Positions 11,698-24,965 are shown, counted from the stretch's first letter. The stretch: DNA of 64,000 nucleotides from Mobula hypostoma (GCF_963921235.1 NC_086108.1:97466001-97530000), one strand, 5' to 3'. Numbers and translations: made by a program. The notes: generated by a model not told the origin, from the letters alone.

Positions 11698-12535
11698 ATA
11701 ATGCAAACATTTTTTCTCCTCATATATGTGAAGAATACAAGTAATAAAGTCAATTCAACTCAATTCAATTTGAACAGAATTGTCAGGCAAGCTTTTCTGT
11801 TAAGGAAACTATACTGACTGTGGCCTATTTCACCATGAACCTCTACATATCCGGAATCTACAAACTGAACAATCAATTCCAATATTCTCCCAAACAGTGA
11901 GGCCAGGCTAACTAGACTATAGTTTCCTTTCTTCTGCCTCTCTCCCTTCTTGAAGAGTGGAGTGACATTTGAAATTTTGCATTCCTCTGGAACCATGCCA
12001 GAATCAATTGATTCTTGAAAGATCATTACTAATGCCTCCACAATCTCTTCAGACACCTCCTTCAGAACTCTGGGGTGTATACTATCACTAGGTGTCTTAT
12101 CTACCATCAGACCTTTCAGTTTCCCAAGGACCTTCTCTCTAGTAATGGCAACTTCACACACTTATGTTTCCAGACACTCTTGAACTTCCAGCATACTGCG
12201 AGTGTCTTCCACAGTGAAGACTGATGTAAAGTACTTACTCAGTTCATTCACCATTTCCTTGTCCCCCATTACGAACTCTCCAGCATCATTTTCCAATGGT
12301 TCAATATCCACTTCACCTCTCTTTTACTTTTGGTATCCTCTTTAATATTATTGGCTAGCTTACCTTTGTATTCCATCTTTTTCTTCTTTATGATTTTTTT
12401 GGTTGCCTTCTGTTGGTTTTTAAAAGCTTCCCAATCCTCCAGCAACACACGTAAAATGCTAAAGGAACTCCCAATCCTCTCACTTCCCACTAATTTTTGC
12501 TTTATTATATGCCCTCTCTTTGGCTTTTTTTTTCG
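10410..12535 (-). mobile_element. Degraded CR1 ORF2 with a nested Rex1 3' fragment (~11433-11772, +)
   Basis: Minus ORFs LYKALVRPHLEYC and HPRVLKEV..VTPLFKKG; the nested piece ends in AATAAA plus (TCAAT)n. Confidence 0.85.
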
Positions 12536-12801
12536 ATAAGGAACCAAAGCAAACTCACAAATGCAGTTTGACCGGTTTCTTCTAAACCCTCAGCAATAAA
12601 TTCTTGCCTTTATATTCTAGTCCTTTCAAAATGAATGTCAACATTGCATTTGCCTTCCTTACCACTCACTCAACCTCCAAGTTAACCTTGAGGGAATCCT
12701 GCACAAGGACTCTTAGGTCCCTTTGCTCCTCTGATTTCTGAATTTTCTTCCTGTTTATAAAATAGTCTATGCTATTATTCCTTCTACCAAAGTGCATGAC
12801 C

Positions 12802-13225
12802 TTCATCGTCAGTCGTGGCTATCCCTCGAGGTCGAGGATGATGGTCTTCGTTCTGACGAAGTGGCCCACAGAGTGAAGACGCCTGTGCGTGTATTTGTTT
12901 AACGTGTACTTGATGTTGCACTCCAAGAAGCACACGATACTTCACAAATCAACCAACTGATTCCAATGGCATGGAAACCACGACGATTGGAGCTGATGGA
13001 TTTGTTGCAGCCTTCACCCGCCTTCACAGCCGTTGAGTTTGAAGTAACTTCATCTGCTTGTTCCACCGTTGAGGGCTTGGTTAGGTTGTTCTTTGTCAGG
13101 GACCTCACCCTCGACCTTACCGCTATGGGTGACCCTACCGGGAGCATAGCTCCAGACGGCATTGCTCTCGGGATCTCAGGACCACACAAGCTTCTCCACC
13201 ATGACAAGGCGATAATCCAGGGAGA
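12802..13225 (-). mobile_element. Short non-autonomous RTE-derived retroposon
   Basis: Contains the RTE/Expander-type 5' UTR motif (reverse of ggagcatagctcc..gacggcattgctctc); no coding body. Confidence 0.55.
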
Positions 13226-13365
13226 CCTTACACTTCTAGAAACCCCTGGTCGTGTGAATGAGTTTTAAAATGTTAGTTTTGATCCATCATCATTGCTGAC
13301 TTGGGTAGGTTCTCTAATTGATGACCACTTACCCAACATACTTTGGTACAAAGGATCACTGTACA

Positions 13366-14490
13366 AGGTACAGTGATATTCCACAGGCGTCAAAGTTGGG
13401 ACCGCTTTTTTTTATGCTGTATATCAATGACTTAGATGATGGAATAGATGGCTTTGTTGCCAAGCTTTCAGAAGATACGAAGATTGGTGGAGGGGCAAAT
13501 AGTGTTGAGGAAACAGGTAGGCTGCAGGAGGACATAGAAAGATTTTGGCAGTCCTGCTGAAGGGTATTGGCCTGAAATGTCGACTGTACTCTTTTCCTAG
13601 ATGCTGCCTGGCCTGTTGTGTTCCTCCAGTATTTTGTGTGTATTGCTCAGATTTCTAGCATCTGCAGATCTTTTCTTATTTGAGACAGATTAGGAGAATG
13701 GGTAAGAAAGTGGCAAATGAAATACAATATTGGAAAATACGTGGTCATGCACTTTGGTAGTAGAAATAAATGTGCTGACTATTTTCTAAATGGGGAGAAA
13801 ATCCAAAAGTCTGAGATGTGAAAGGGACTTGGGAGTCCTTGTGCAGAACACCCTAAAGGTTAACTTGCAGGAAGAGTCAGTGGTGAGGAAGGCAAATGCA
13901 ATGTTAGCATTCATTTCAAAAGCTCTTGACTATAAGAGCATAATGTGATACTGAGGCTTTATTAGGCACTGGTGAGGTCTCACCTTGAGTATTGCAAACA
14001 GTTTTCGGCTCCTCATCTAAGAAAAGATGAGCTGGCATTGAAGAGGGTCCAGAAGCGGTTCACAAGGATGATTCTGGGAATGAAAGAGTGATCATTTGAG
14101 GAACGTTTGATAGCTCTGTGTCCGTACTCAGTGGAATTTAGAAGGATGAGGGGCGATCTTGTTGAAACCTTTCGAAAGTTCAAAGTCCTGGACAGAGTAG
14201 ATGTGGAAAGGATATGTGGGGGAGTCCCGGACAAAAGGGCACAGCCTCAGGATAGAGACATGTCTATTTAAAACAGAGATGCAGAGAAATTTCTTTAGCC
14301 ACAGCTCATTGGGTGTATTTAAGGCAGAGATTGATAGGTTCTTGATTGGACGTGGCATCAAAGGTTACGGGGAGAAGGACAGGGAATAGAGTTGAGGAGG
14401 GAAAAAAGAATTAGCCTTGATTGAATGGTGGAGCAGACTCGATGGGCCAAATGGCCTAATTCTGCTCCTATGTCTTATGGTCTTATAGTC
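13366..14490 (+). mobile_element. Degraded CR1 3' half with a short Penelope-derived insertion (~13545-13682)
   Basis: YINDLDDG..DTKIGG; 3' tail tatgtcttatggtctta. Confidence 0.8.
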
Positions 14491-16419
14491 TAAATTGGTA
14501 AATGGTCCATGGATGAATCGATCATACAAGCGTACATGAGTTGGGACATCACGTTACAACTTTACGTTGGTTATCCATACTTGGAATATTGTGTATAGTT
14601 CTGGTTGTGGAGCTAGAGGAAGGATGCCATTAAGTTGGAAAAGTTGCAGAAATGATTCACAGGATACCTAAAGGGGACTTGAGTGTGGTGGATGTATGAA
14701 ATGAACTGCCAGAAGAAGTGGTAGAGGTGGGCACAATCGATTGATTAGTTGTCTGTTATGTCCAATGATGACAGTAAAAAAAACTTGTGTGAGAGAGTTT
14801 TTAAAATGGAAAAACTGCGTCAATGGGGCAATTCTACTCTTTCAACATCAGTAGTCCATGTCCAGTGGTATGGGGAGTCATTACAACCGGGGTCTTCCTT
14901 GCTTGCAGTGGATGACCATGATTTCTTCCATGCCTTGTCATGCCTTTTGCTCTCCACAAAGTGTTGCAGAACCTCCTCTCTGGTCACTGGTTCTTGCTGT
15001 TGATCTTATCCACCCTGTCCCTAGCTCACTGGAGTCTGAGGTCAGCCTGCTCACCTGGTTTAACCAGCCAGTTGAAACTGTGTACCGGGATGTAGCCACT
15101 GTCTATACAAACTGCTACTCGGAGCCACTTCTGAGAGCTGAGTGTCCGGTGAGGATCAAAGTTGAGTGAGCTGTCCCAGAATGGACATGATCAATCCCGT
15201 CGGGAGTGGTAGCACCTCTGCTGATGTACCTGAAGGGTACAATTGCAACATTTAAAAAAAACATTTGGACAGTGTTATGGACAGGAAAGATTAGGAGAGG
15301 TAAGGGTCAAACACAAGCAAATGCAACCAGCTCAGGCAGACAGCTTGGTTGGCATGGATGAGTTGGGTCTAAGGGTGTCTTTCAATGTGTAACTCTATGG
15401 CTCCATGCCTCTACAAACGTTTGATTGTAAAAGTCCTTCAGCCTTACTCTACCTTTCAATAAGATTATGGCTGATCTGACTGCCAACTCACTCCACATTC
15501 CCTCCTACCAGCAGGAGAAACCTGTGTGGTTACGCGACGGATGGGCAAAGTCCACATGGAGAGTCCTGGAAGCAGGTAACGAGAACTGGACACAATGCTC
15601 CAATATATAAACTTTAAAATGTTATTGGTCACAATTCAGGCAACCTTCATCTATTGGAAGTGCTAAGGTCAAGTCATAGAGTCATTCAACACAGAAGCAG
15701 AGCCTTCAGCCCACCAATTTCATACTGACTATCAAGCATCCATTTACATTCGTTCAGTTTAATTGTCCAATCATCCCAGTAACTTTCGCCCAGATTCTAC
15801 CAAACCACTACACCAAGGACAATTTACAGTGGTCACTTATTCTCCCAATCCATAAATCTTTGGAATACAGATGAAAACTAGGGCAGCAGGGTAGTGACAG
15901 GAAGTGTGAACATAGTCTATGTGGAGAGCCCTGGAGGTCAGGATTAAACGTGAGCAGCTTGAGGTAGCAGTTTGCCTAGCTGTTCCAAGGATTGTGTAAA
16001 TCTAATAATACTAAAGGCATTACCCACAACGGTTAAAATCCACTCTTTCTGTAAGTCAACCCTCCTCTCTTGCTTCAATAGACTCTTTTATTTTACCCGG
16101 TTCAGTTGTGTTCGGTTCCAGTTGTATTAGACTAGAGGGTATGCCTTTTAGGGGTAGGTTGAGTGAGCTAGGGCCTTTCTGTTCGGGGCTAAGGAGAGTG
16201 AGTGGTGACCTGATAGAGATGTATATGTTGATAGGAAGCATAGATAAAGTGGACAGCCAGAGATTTTTCTCAGGTGGAAATGGCTAATAGAATGGAGCAT
16301 AATTTTAAGTGATTGCAGGAAAGTATGGGGGGATTTCAGAGGTCAGTTCTTTACACAGAGAGTGGTGGGTGTGTGTAACGTCCTGCCAGGGGTAGTAGTA
16401 GTAGCAGATACATTAACTT

Positions 16420-18195
16420 GTGGAACCTTGTGGTAGGCAGGCTGCGGGACAGGGTGCGAGTCAGTGTTTGACTCCATTTCGGCGATTATAGTGACGAGGG
16501 AGATTGAAGCACGGAGATGAGTGCAGAGGGTGAGCCTGTCTTTTGATCTGCTACTGGAGAAGAGGATGCCTGCCACTGTGCCCGAAGAGAGTTGCCCAGG
16601 TTTTCTGCGTTTTGGGTGTGCACTTTGACTGTAGACTTTTTTTCAGCCTTATAGTTTTTTATATTCTGTGTTTTTTGCCCGATCTTTCTCACTTTTTTGT
16701 GTGGGGAGGGGGATTTGGGGGTTGATGCGCCTGTTCGGTTTTGTTGTTTTTCTGTGTGTGGGAGGAGGGATTTGGGGGTTGATGCGCCTGTTCTGTTGTT
16801 GTTTTTCTGTGTGTGGGAGGAGGGATTTGGGGGTTGATGCGCCTGTTCGGTTTTGTTGTTTTTCTGTGTGTGGGAGGAGGGATTTGGGGGTTGATGCGCC
16901 TGTTCGGTTTTGTTGTTTTTCTGTGTGTGGGAGGAGGGATTTGGGGGTTGATGCGCCTGTTCGGTTTTGTTGTTTTTCTGTGTGTGGGAGGAGGGATTTG
17001 GGGGTTGATGCGCCTGTTCGGTTTTGTTGTTTTTCTGTGTGTGGGAGGAGGGATTTGGGGGTTGATGCGCCTGTTCTGTTGTTGTTTTTCTGTGTGTGGG
17101 AGGAGGGATTTGGGGGTTGATGCGCCTGTTCGGTTTTGTTGTTTTTCTGTGTGTGGGAGGAGGGATTTGGGGGTTGATGCGCCTGTTCGGTTTTGTTGTT
17201 TTTCTGTGTGTGGGAGGAGGGATTTGGGGGTTGATGCGCCTGTTCGGTTTTGTTGTTTTTCTGTGTGTGGGAGGAGGGATTTGGGGGTTGATGCGCCTGT
17301 TCTGTTGTTGTTTTTCTGTGTGTGGGAGGAGGGATTTGGGGGTTGATGCGCCTGTTCTGTTGTTGTTTTTCTGTGTGTGGGAGGAGGGATTTGGGGGTTG
17401 ATGCGCCTGTTCGGTTTTGTTGTTTTTCTGTGTGTGGGAGGAGGGATTTGGGGGTTGATGCGCCTGTTCGGTTTTGTTGTTTTTCTGTGTGTGGGAGGAG
17501 GGATTTGGGGGTTGATGCGCTGTTCCTGGGGGTGATCGGTTCTGTTGTTGTTTTTCTGTGTGTGGGAGGAGGGATTTGGGGGTTGATGCGCCTGTTCGGT
17601 TTTGTTGTTTTTCTGTGTGTGGGAGGAGGGATTTGGGGGTTGATGCGCCTGTTCGGTTTTGTTGTTTTTCTGTGTGTGGGAGGAGGGATTTGGGGGTTGA
17701 TGCGCCTGTTCGGTTTTGTTGTTTTTCTGTGTGTGGGAGGAGGGATTTGGGGGTTGATGCGCCTGTTCGGTTTTGTTGTTTTTCTGTGTGTGGGAGGAGG
17801 GATTTGGGGGTTGATGCGCCTGTTCGGTTTTGTTGTTTTTCTGTGTGTGGGAGGAGGGATTTGGGGGTTGATGCGCCTGTTCGGTTTTGTTGTTTTTCTG
17901 TGTGTGGGAGGAGGGATTTGGGGGTTGATGCGCCTGTTCGGTTTTGTTGTTTTTCTGTGTGTGGGAGGAGGGATTTGGGGGTTGATGCGCCTGTTCGGTT
18001 TTGTTGTTTTTCTGTGTGTGGGAGGAGGGATTTGGGGGTTGATGCGCCTGTTCGGTTGTTGTTCATCTTTATTTGCACGGGGATGGAGGATTTGGGGTTG
18101 GATGATCATGCTGCCTTTCTTTGTTTCGTGGCTACCTAGAGAAGAAGAATTTCAGAGTTGTATACTTTGATGATAAGTAAATGAATCTTTGAACC
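16420..18195 (+). mobile_element. Non-autonomous LINE-tail-type element inserted in an old CR1, hosting the minisatellite
   Basis: CR1 text on both sides (16128-16410, 18215-18350); tail gaatttcagagttgtatactttgat..ctttgaac resembles other Rex1-type tails in the window. Confidence 0.5.
16700..18055. repeat. G-rich 57-bp minisatellite, ~24 copies, with 55-bp and one ~71-bp variant units
   Basis: Unit gggaggagggatttgggggttgatgcgcctgttcggttttgttgtttttctgtgtgt. Confidence 0.97.
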
Positions 18196-18639
18196 TTTTT
18201 TGAACCATTTTACATTAGGAGCATTTAAGAAACCCTTAGGTAGGCACATTGATGATAGAAAAATAGAGAGAAAGGTTAGATTGATCTTAAAGATCAGCAC
18301 AATATCGTAGGCTGAAGGGGCTGTACTGTGCTGTAATGTCCTATGTTTCATGTTCTGTGTATTACCTCTATGTGTTTCCTCTAATCTTGTTTTTAACACT
18401 GCGTGGACCAACCATTGCTCTGAGCAGAAGATTTTTACATGGCCTGAAAACTACACAGCACTTTAAATGTTTTCTTGTAGCATGGATACTGTGAATATTT
18501 AAAATGAAAATTGAAAAATCACATACTTTTGATTGTATTTATTAATTGAAGGGTATAGTGAAATATAGTACAGGAAAGAAACTCCCTCACATTTTTTTTG
18601 TAAACATTTTCTAGCTGCACCCAATTCCATCTAACTTAG

Positions 18640-19195
18640 TTAACTTTGTGGCAGCAGTACAATGCAATTCATAATAATAGAGAAACAAACTGTGGAATGG
18701 GATGGCAGAGGGGAAGAAGCTGTTCCTGAATCATTGACTGTGTGCCTCAGGCTCCTGTACCTCCTCCCCAATGGTAGCAAAGAGAAGAGGGCATGTACTG
18801 GTTGGTGGACGTCCTTAATGATGGATGCCACCTTTCTGTGGCATTGCTCCTTGAAGATGTCCTGGATATTATGAAGGCTATTGCCCATGATGGAGCTGAC
18901 TAATTTTACAACTCTCTGCAGCTTACTTCAGTCCTGTGCAGTAGACTCCCCATCAGTATCACCCCTCCCCATACCAGACAACAATGCAGACAGTTAGAAT
19001 ATTCTTCACACCACATCTGTAGAAATTTATGAGTATTTCAGGTAACATACCAAATCTCCTCAAACTTGTAATGAAATACAGCTGCTATCTTGCCTTCTTT
19101 ATGGCCACATCAATATGTTGGATCCAGGTTAGATCTTCAAAGATATTGACACCTAGGAACTTGAAATTGGTCACACTTTCCACTTCTGATCCCTC
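18640..19195 (-). mobile_element. Rex1/Babar 3' fragment
   Basis: SIIKDVHQPVHALFSLLPLGRRYRSL on the minus strand. Confidence 0.8.
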
Positions 19196-19329
19196 TAATA
19201 TTCACTCTATTTATTATGTGCATTATTCACTCCCCAGTAAGCCTCAATTCCAGCAGCAGCCATTCTACATCACTTACAATATTTTTGGGAACTGTGGTGG
19301 GCAAGGTGGACAGAACAAAGGTTTGTGTG

Positions 19330-19630
19330 ATGTCTGTCTGTCTAGGTACCATATCCAATGCGGACTTTGGTGACCACGGTTTTCCATATAGATCTATCCT
19401 TAGCTTTTTGGATGACTTCCATTTCCTCGATGTGTAGCCACCTGGCTATGCTTTTGATGTACATAAGCCGAGGTTTTCCTCTAGGTTTACTCCCCTCGAT
19501 CTTTCCAGAGAGTATGAGTTCTTCTAGTTCATCTTTCCGCATGATGTGTCCTAGGAATCTGAGTTGTCTTTCTCTTATTGTTGTATGAGTGATGGAACTG
19601 CTTGGGCTCGTCTGATATCCTTCATTATTT
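19330..19630 (-). mobile_element. RTE-clade LINE 3' end
   Basis: MRKDELEELILSGKIEGSKPRGKPR..AKDRSIWK followed by an (AGAC)n tail. Confidence 0.75.
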
Positions 19631-19756
19631 TAGTGAAGTCATTAATACATGCAGCAAATTAGCATAAAGAAATGCTTTTTACATCTCTTCAAGAGTCACC
19701 TTCCAAATGTTGCTACCAATCATATTTGGACATTTTGTTGTATTTCTTCATAGGCT

Positions 19757-20075
19757 GGGGACATGGTAGCGTAATGGTTAGCACACCACCTTACAGTACA
19801 GGCAACCTTACAGTACGGGGTTCAATTCCCACTGCTGCCTGCAAAGGGCTTACATGTTCTCCCCATGACCACATGGGTTTCCTCCAGGTGCTCCAGTCTC
19901 CTCCCACGGTCCAGAGACGTACTGGTTTTAGGTTAACTGGCTATCGTAAATTGTCCTGCCAAGTCCTAGAGTTAAATCAGGGGGATTGCTGGGCGGTGTA
20001 GCTTGAAGGGCCAGAAGAGCAAATTCCACACTGTATCTCAATCAATCAATTGATAAATAAATAAACAAACAAACA
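19757..20075 (+). mobile_element. V-SINE (HE1-like)
   Basis: tRNA A/B-box-like head (tggtagcgtaatggtta..ggttcaattccc), V-domain, (AAAT/AAAC)n tail. Confidence 0.8.
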
Positions 20076-20136
20076 AACATTACAGAAAATCTGACATATA
20101 TTGTTCATTACACGGTGGGCTTCGAACTGAGTATCT

Positions 20137-20286
20137 CCTCCCCTCTCCCCACCTTCTTATTCTGACTTCTCCTCTGCCTTTCCAGCCCTGATGAAGGACC
20201 TCTGACCGAAACATCGACTGTACTCTTTTCCATAGATGCTGCCTGGCCTGCTGAGTCCCTCCCGCATTTTGTGTGTGTGTTGCTTT
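20137..20286 (+). mobile_element. Short Penelope-derived insertion with a 13-bp TSD
   Basis: gaactgagtatct at 20124-20136 and 20287-20299; CTGATGA..GAAAC core at 20188-20212. Confidence 0.8.
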
Positions 20287-20329
20287 GAACTGAGTATCTA
20301 GCCTACTGAGGAGTCACTCACATTAGTGG

Positions 20330-20555
20330 GTCTGTTTCAAATATAGGCCAAGCTAGGACCAGTTCCCTGAAGGAAATTAGTGAACCAGCTGTGTCCTTAA
20401 ATATTAATCCAGCTGTTTGTCTGTCAGAAAACTGAGTTTAGTAAAAAATTAATTCCAAATTTAACCTCCCTAGCTGGCATGGTGAGATTCAAACTCACAT
20501 TTATAGCTCAATATGTTCCCATGTGTGAGTTCAGTAACTTAATCAGAATGCCCAC
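20330..20555 (-). mobile_element. Old tRNA-SINE remnant (a related plus-strand copy lies at ~38555-38745)
   Basis: ttccctgaaggaaattagtgaacc..gctggcatggtgagattcaaactc motif shared in reverse with 38700-38745. Confidence 0.4.
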
Positions 20556-21627
20556 AATCTATTATCTTCCTGATTTAAAACCTAAATGCACTTTGCAAGC
20601 TCCGTTTCCTTCCTTAGAAAATGAGAAAGCATCAAGAAGAATCACAATCTGGGCACAGCGCTTCTCAGATTGAGTCTGGCTCATTTGAAATGACTGATAA
20701 TCTTTGGAAATCTCTGGCCCAGATCTGCACTCACCCTTAATAAAGATACATCAAGGATTAAAATAGCAATTGTTTTGGAAGTGCCACTTTGATTCATCAG
20801 GATACGACAAAAGATTTCAGAAGATGATGTGCAAAAAAAACAGTTGAGTAATTTTAAAATTTAAAGACTCCCCCGATACTTTGTAAGTGGAGTATTTTCA
20901 ATTTTACAACAGAATGTGAGTATGTAAACTGTCAGCAATATATGTGCTGGGAATTTAGAAAGCTTTGGCTGGGATGAATGTCATAAAGAGGCAAGTTACT
21001 AGCTGAGATTCAAGCAGAATCAGTACACTGGAAATAGCTTAGCAGTTAAATGGTGAACCAACCTGCACAGTGCGGCAGCAAATGCAAAACAAATCCCTGA
21101 TGTTATCCCAGGGTCCAGATAAAACTTGGTATTATCTGCTCTTGCTCTGTACGAGAATTTTGCATCCCTGATCTACAGTGAAAAGCTAAATTTTCTGCCT
21201 TAGGACTTGAGGCCATTAAGAAGCAACTCCATTTGCATCTTCCACAAACAAAATCATTTCCCTGCAGATGGAACACTGCCGAGCATTCCCAGGTTGATCT
21301 TATTTTCTTAATATGAGCTACATTTTCCATGGTAACTTTCCCCAATCAAGTCCATAAAATGTGCAAATGTAGTTGTTTTTCCAAACAAGTGGAGAATGTG
21401 CCTTGAATTTTTATGACATATTAACTAGCACAATATTCTACTTTTTTCAGGTGGCAAAAATTGTCTATTCAGTGAAACGGTGAGATAACATTATATACGG
21501 ACAATCACTTGACAAATATTCTCATGCAACATTAAGGGTTGCTTATATAAGAAAGCAGAAGCAGATATAGGTCATTCTGCTCTTTGAGGCCGTTCTCCCA
21601 TTTAATGAAAAATCAGGTCTAAATATC

Positions 21628-22168
21628 CACTCAATGGCTACTTTATTACGTACAGGAGTGAAAACTGGTCTGGTTTTCTGCTGCTGTAGCCCATCCTCTT
21701 CAAGTTTTGACATATTATGCATTCAGAGCTGCCCTTCTTCACTAGACTGTTGTAATGTGTGGTTATTTGAGTTACTGTCGCCTTCCTGTCAGCTTGAACC
21801 AGTCTGGCCATTCTCCTCTGATCTCTCTCGTTAACAAGGCATTTTCACCCACAGAAATTCTGCTCACTGGTTGTGTTTTTTTTTTGCTTTCCGTACAATT
21901 CTCTGTAAACTCTAGAGTCTGTTGTGTGTGAAAATCCCAGGAGATCAGCAATTTGTGTGATACTCAAACCACCCCATCTGGCACAAGGAGGCACAGTGGC
22001 TCAGATCACATTTCTTTCCCATTCAGATGTTTGGTCTGAACAACAACTGAACCTCTGACCTTGTCTGCATCTTTTCATGCACTGGGCTGTTGCTACACAA
22101 TTGGCTGATTAGATAGTCGCATTAATGAGCAGGTGTACAGGTGTTCCTAATGAAGTGGCCACTGAGAG
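21628..22168. mobile_element. Non-autonomous Tc1-type DNA transposon
   Basis: TIRs cactcaatggctactttattacgtac / gttcctaatgaagtggccactgagag with TA on the right. Confidence 0.8.
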
Positions 22169-22319
22169 TATATAAGTCCTTCAGCTCTTTGAGACCATTC
22201 TCCAGTACTAAAAGAGGACTAAATATAACTATACCTGTAAGTGATTTTTGCTAATATTTGTGAACTGTGCTGAATCTTTCCTATACATTATTATCATTAT
22301 CAAAGTAAAGATAGTATCA

Positions 22320-22700
22320 CCATCAACGTATGAGCCATGTTGTATGACATGGGCGATCATAGTCTCATGACCATGATTGTCCTTGGCAAATTTTTCTACT
22401 TAAGTGGTTTGGCATTGCCTTCTTCTGTACGGTGTCTTTACAAGACGGGTGACCCCAGCCATTATCAATACTCCAGAGATTGTCTGCCTTGCGTCACTGG
22501 TTGCATAACCAGGACTTGCGATATGCACCACTGTTCATACGACCATCCACCACCTGACCTCATGGATTCATATGACCCTGATCGGGAGGATGGGGGCTAT
22601 GCAGGTACTACACCTCGCCCAAGGGTGACATGCAGGCTAGCTTAAGGAAGGAGCACATCACTCCTCCTTTGGTAGAAACATATCTCTACCCCACTACCAG
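22320..22700 (-). mobile_element. Short RTE-related retroposon
   Basis: Reverse-complement similarity to 42625-42995 over ~370 bp; family assignment from the tail motif. Confidence 0.6.
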
Positions 22701-23330
22701 AATTATAATATATCTAATTTAAATAACTGGACCACACAGGTTGAAGTCATTATCAAAATGGAGAAAATTCAAATTCAAGGAGTTTCCTGTGAAGCAGGCC
22801 ACCTGAAAGTTGTTCTCATTTTTGAAAGGAATTGAAGCAAGTCATTTGGCTTAATAGTGCTGGATCTCCGAGCAATCCCAACAATCCCTACTTTACATTC
22901 ATTTTCCTGTAATTCATTCTCTGTCATGCATCCATCAACCCCAGGGTGGTTCTACTCTCCAGGACTAGAAGTAATTCGCAGTAACCAATTAACCTACTAA
23001 TCAGCATGGGTGGAAACCAGAACATCACACACTGAGCTAATGTATCAGGTTAAAGGCTCTTGTTTATTGGAATAGCTCTGACAACGATCCTTAACCAGAA
23101 ACATTATTTGAGCATCTAGCGTGTTTCGATTTAGAACTGCAGCATTGAACCTATTTTGCCTTTCTTCATCCCTCCTCTAAGGTGCATCTCTATTTTCATT
23201 TCCATCTGCAACTTTGGTCATTCTGGGAGGGAAGGGCTAGATCAATCTTGGAGTAGGTTTAAAGGCTGGCACAACACCGTGGACCCAAGGCCTGCAGTGT
23301 CCTATGATTACTAACTCCATACACCATCTT

Positions 23331-23560
23331 TCACATGGCAACAACATCACCAAATCACATGGCAACAGCATCATCAATTTGCACAGCAACAGGATGACCA
23401 GATCACATGACACCAGTATCATCAATTCACACAGCAACAGGATGACCAGGTCACATGACACCAGTATGACCAGATCACATGACACCAGTATCACCAAATC
23501 ACATGGCAAAAGCATCGCCAATTCACCTGGCAACATCATCGCCAAAATCACAACATTATC
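23331..23560. repeat. Degenerate 24-bp tandem repeat, ~9 copies
   Basis: Unit like tcacatggcaacaacatcaccaaa. Confidence 0.85.
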
Positions 23561-24389
23561 TTGTCATAACAAACTCAGAAAATGAACCTTATTTTGAAAT
23601 TAAGGCTGAAGTTCCATCCGAAGCAGGAATTAATCTCACATGCTGGAGTTTGGAAAAGTTAGCAAATAACTGGATTAGAAGCTCGCTTTTCCATGGAGAG
23701 AGCTGAGACCCAATCCAAAGGAACAATTATTACCTGTGAGGATCTTAAGCACTTTGACTAGTTGGAATTTGAAGAGGTTTTATTTTGAGCTTCATTGATT
23801 CCAAACTGAAATGGAATTTTCAGTGCTGAACAGCTCTCATTACCATTCAGCGTTCTCACTTTCAGTATTTTAATATTATATTGTCCAGTCTGAGGGCTGT
23901 GTTTATATGTGAGCTTAAAGTGCCATGTCTACATTCCACAATACAGAATAGGAATATTATTTGTATCTGGATATACTTTCCATTCCTTAATATTTATGAA
24001 TGCAATTTGTATGGCTTAAGGTATGATAGACATAATTTATTATGTTCTGCTCAACAATTGATTCTCTCTCACAGGAGATATCATTGAAATTTAAAAACCC
24101 CAAAGTGACTTGCTTGCCTTGTGGTTATTCTAAAAGTTAAAATGGTTGTGAAATATTTTTATGTAAGTGTTCCATTTAGAAGCTACAGACATGGAACCAG
24201 CAGCAAGCTATTCAGTCCGTCAATAGGATTGATCTTCTACCTCAGCTCTTTCCTCCAGTAATCCCATAACCAACCATCAATTGATACTTTGTGACTGAGC
24301 TTCCACAGTAATCCTGAGCAGAGAATTCCAAAGATTCCTCACCCTCCGGATGAAGATATTTCTTCTCATCTTAATCCTGAATGGTTCCT

Positions 24390-24965
24390 TAAGGTTGTTA
24401 TAGCCGGGGTTGGTAGTGGGGATAAGCTCCCACTACCTATTAAATGCTCCCAATTGCGTGCCCCTCAAATAGCCTCTGACAAGCAAGTCAAGCTCCTGGC
24501 CTTCACGTGTGGCTTAGCTTTTAAGCCCGGCAGAGCTATTTCTGTTGACAGGAGAAGGGGCAAAGGTGGGTTACTGGCACCTTAAAACTAGTTGCTTCTG
24601 GCAGATGGGGCTCCTCAGTCATGGTTGGCAGCTCATCTAGGAGAAGGAAAACTGATCTCAAACCTCTGCTGCCTTGCTGCTAAACCCACTCAGGGGGAAG
24701 GCTTCAGGAGTAAACCCCAAGGGAAAGATTTGGAGCTGGAGTCCCGAAGGCATCCTATGTCGAGTGCACCGGCGACTGGGCACTCCTGTGATGCTGCTGG
24801 TGCCCAACTGTATTAGTCTCTGCTATTCCTTTGGTCCATTTGATAGGTGGAGACAGGGAGCTTGCTGCATGGATAACAGCTCACTACCATACTGTACTGC
24901 CCTAGGTTACATATCTAGACAGCTGGGACACATATCTATGGTTGACTCTGACCTACAGAGGCTTA
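24390..24965 (+). mobile_element. Non-autonomous RTE-related retroposon inserted at an old CR1 fragment
   Basis: RTE-type 5' UTR motifs (ggcagctcatctaggagaaggaaaact); CR1 text on the flanks. Confidence 0.5.

Noticed and set aside
16700..18055. CRISPR-like array
   Set aside because: Units are head-to-tail with no unique spacers, there are no cas genes, and the context is eukaryotic. The same applies to 8513-8722.
16486..18170. Long ORFs (530, 486, 282 aa) with 19-aa repeats
   Set aside because: By-product of a stop-free 57-bp tandem repeat that is open in most frames on both strands.
19757..19835. tRNA genes at SINE heads (also 29680 and 49902)
   Set aside because: A/B boxes run straight into the V-domain and no full cloverleaf is apparent.
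23237..23585. His/Ser/Thr and Leu/Cys repeat ORFs
   Set aside because: Explained by the degenerate 24-bp tandem repeat.
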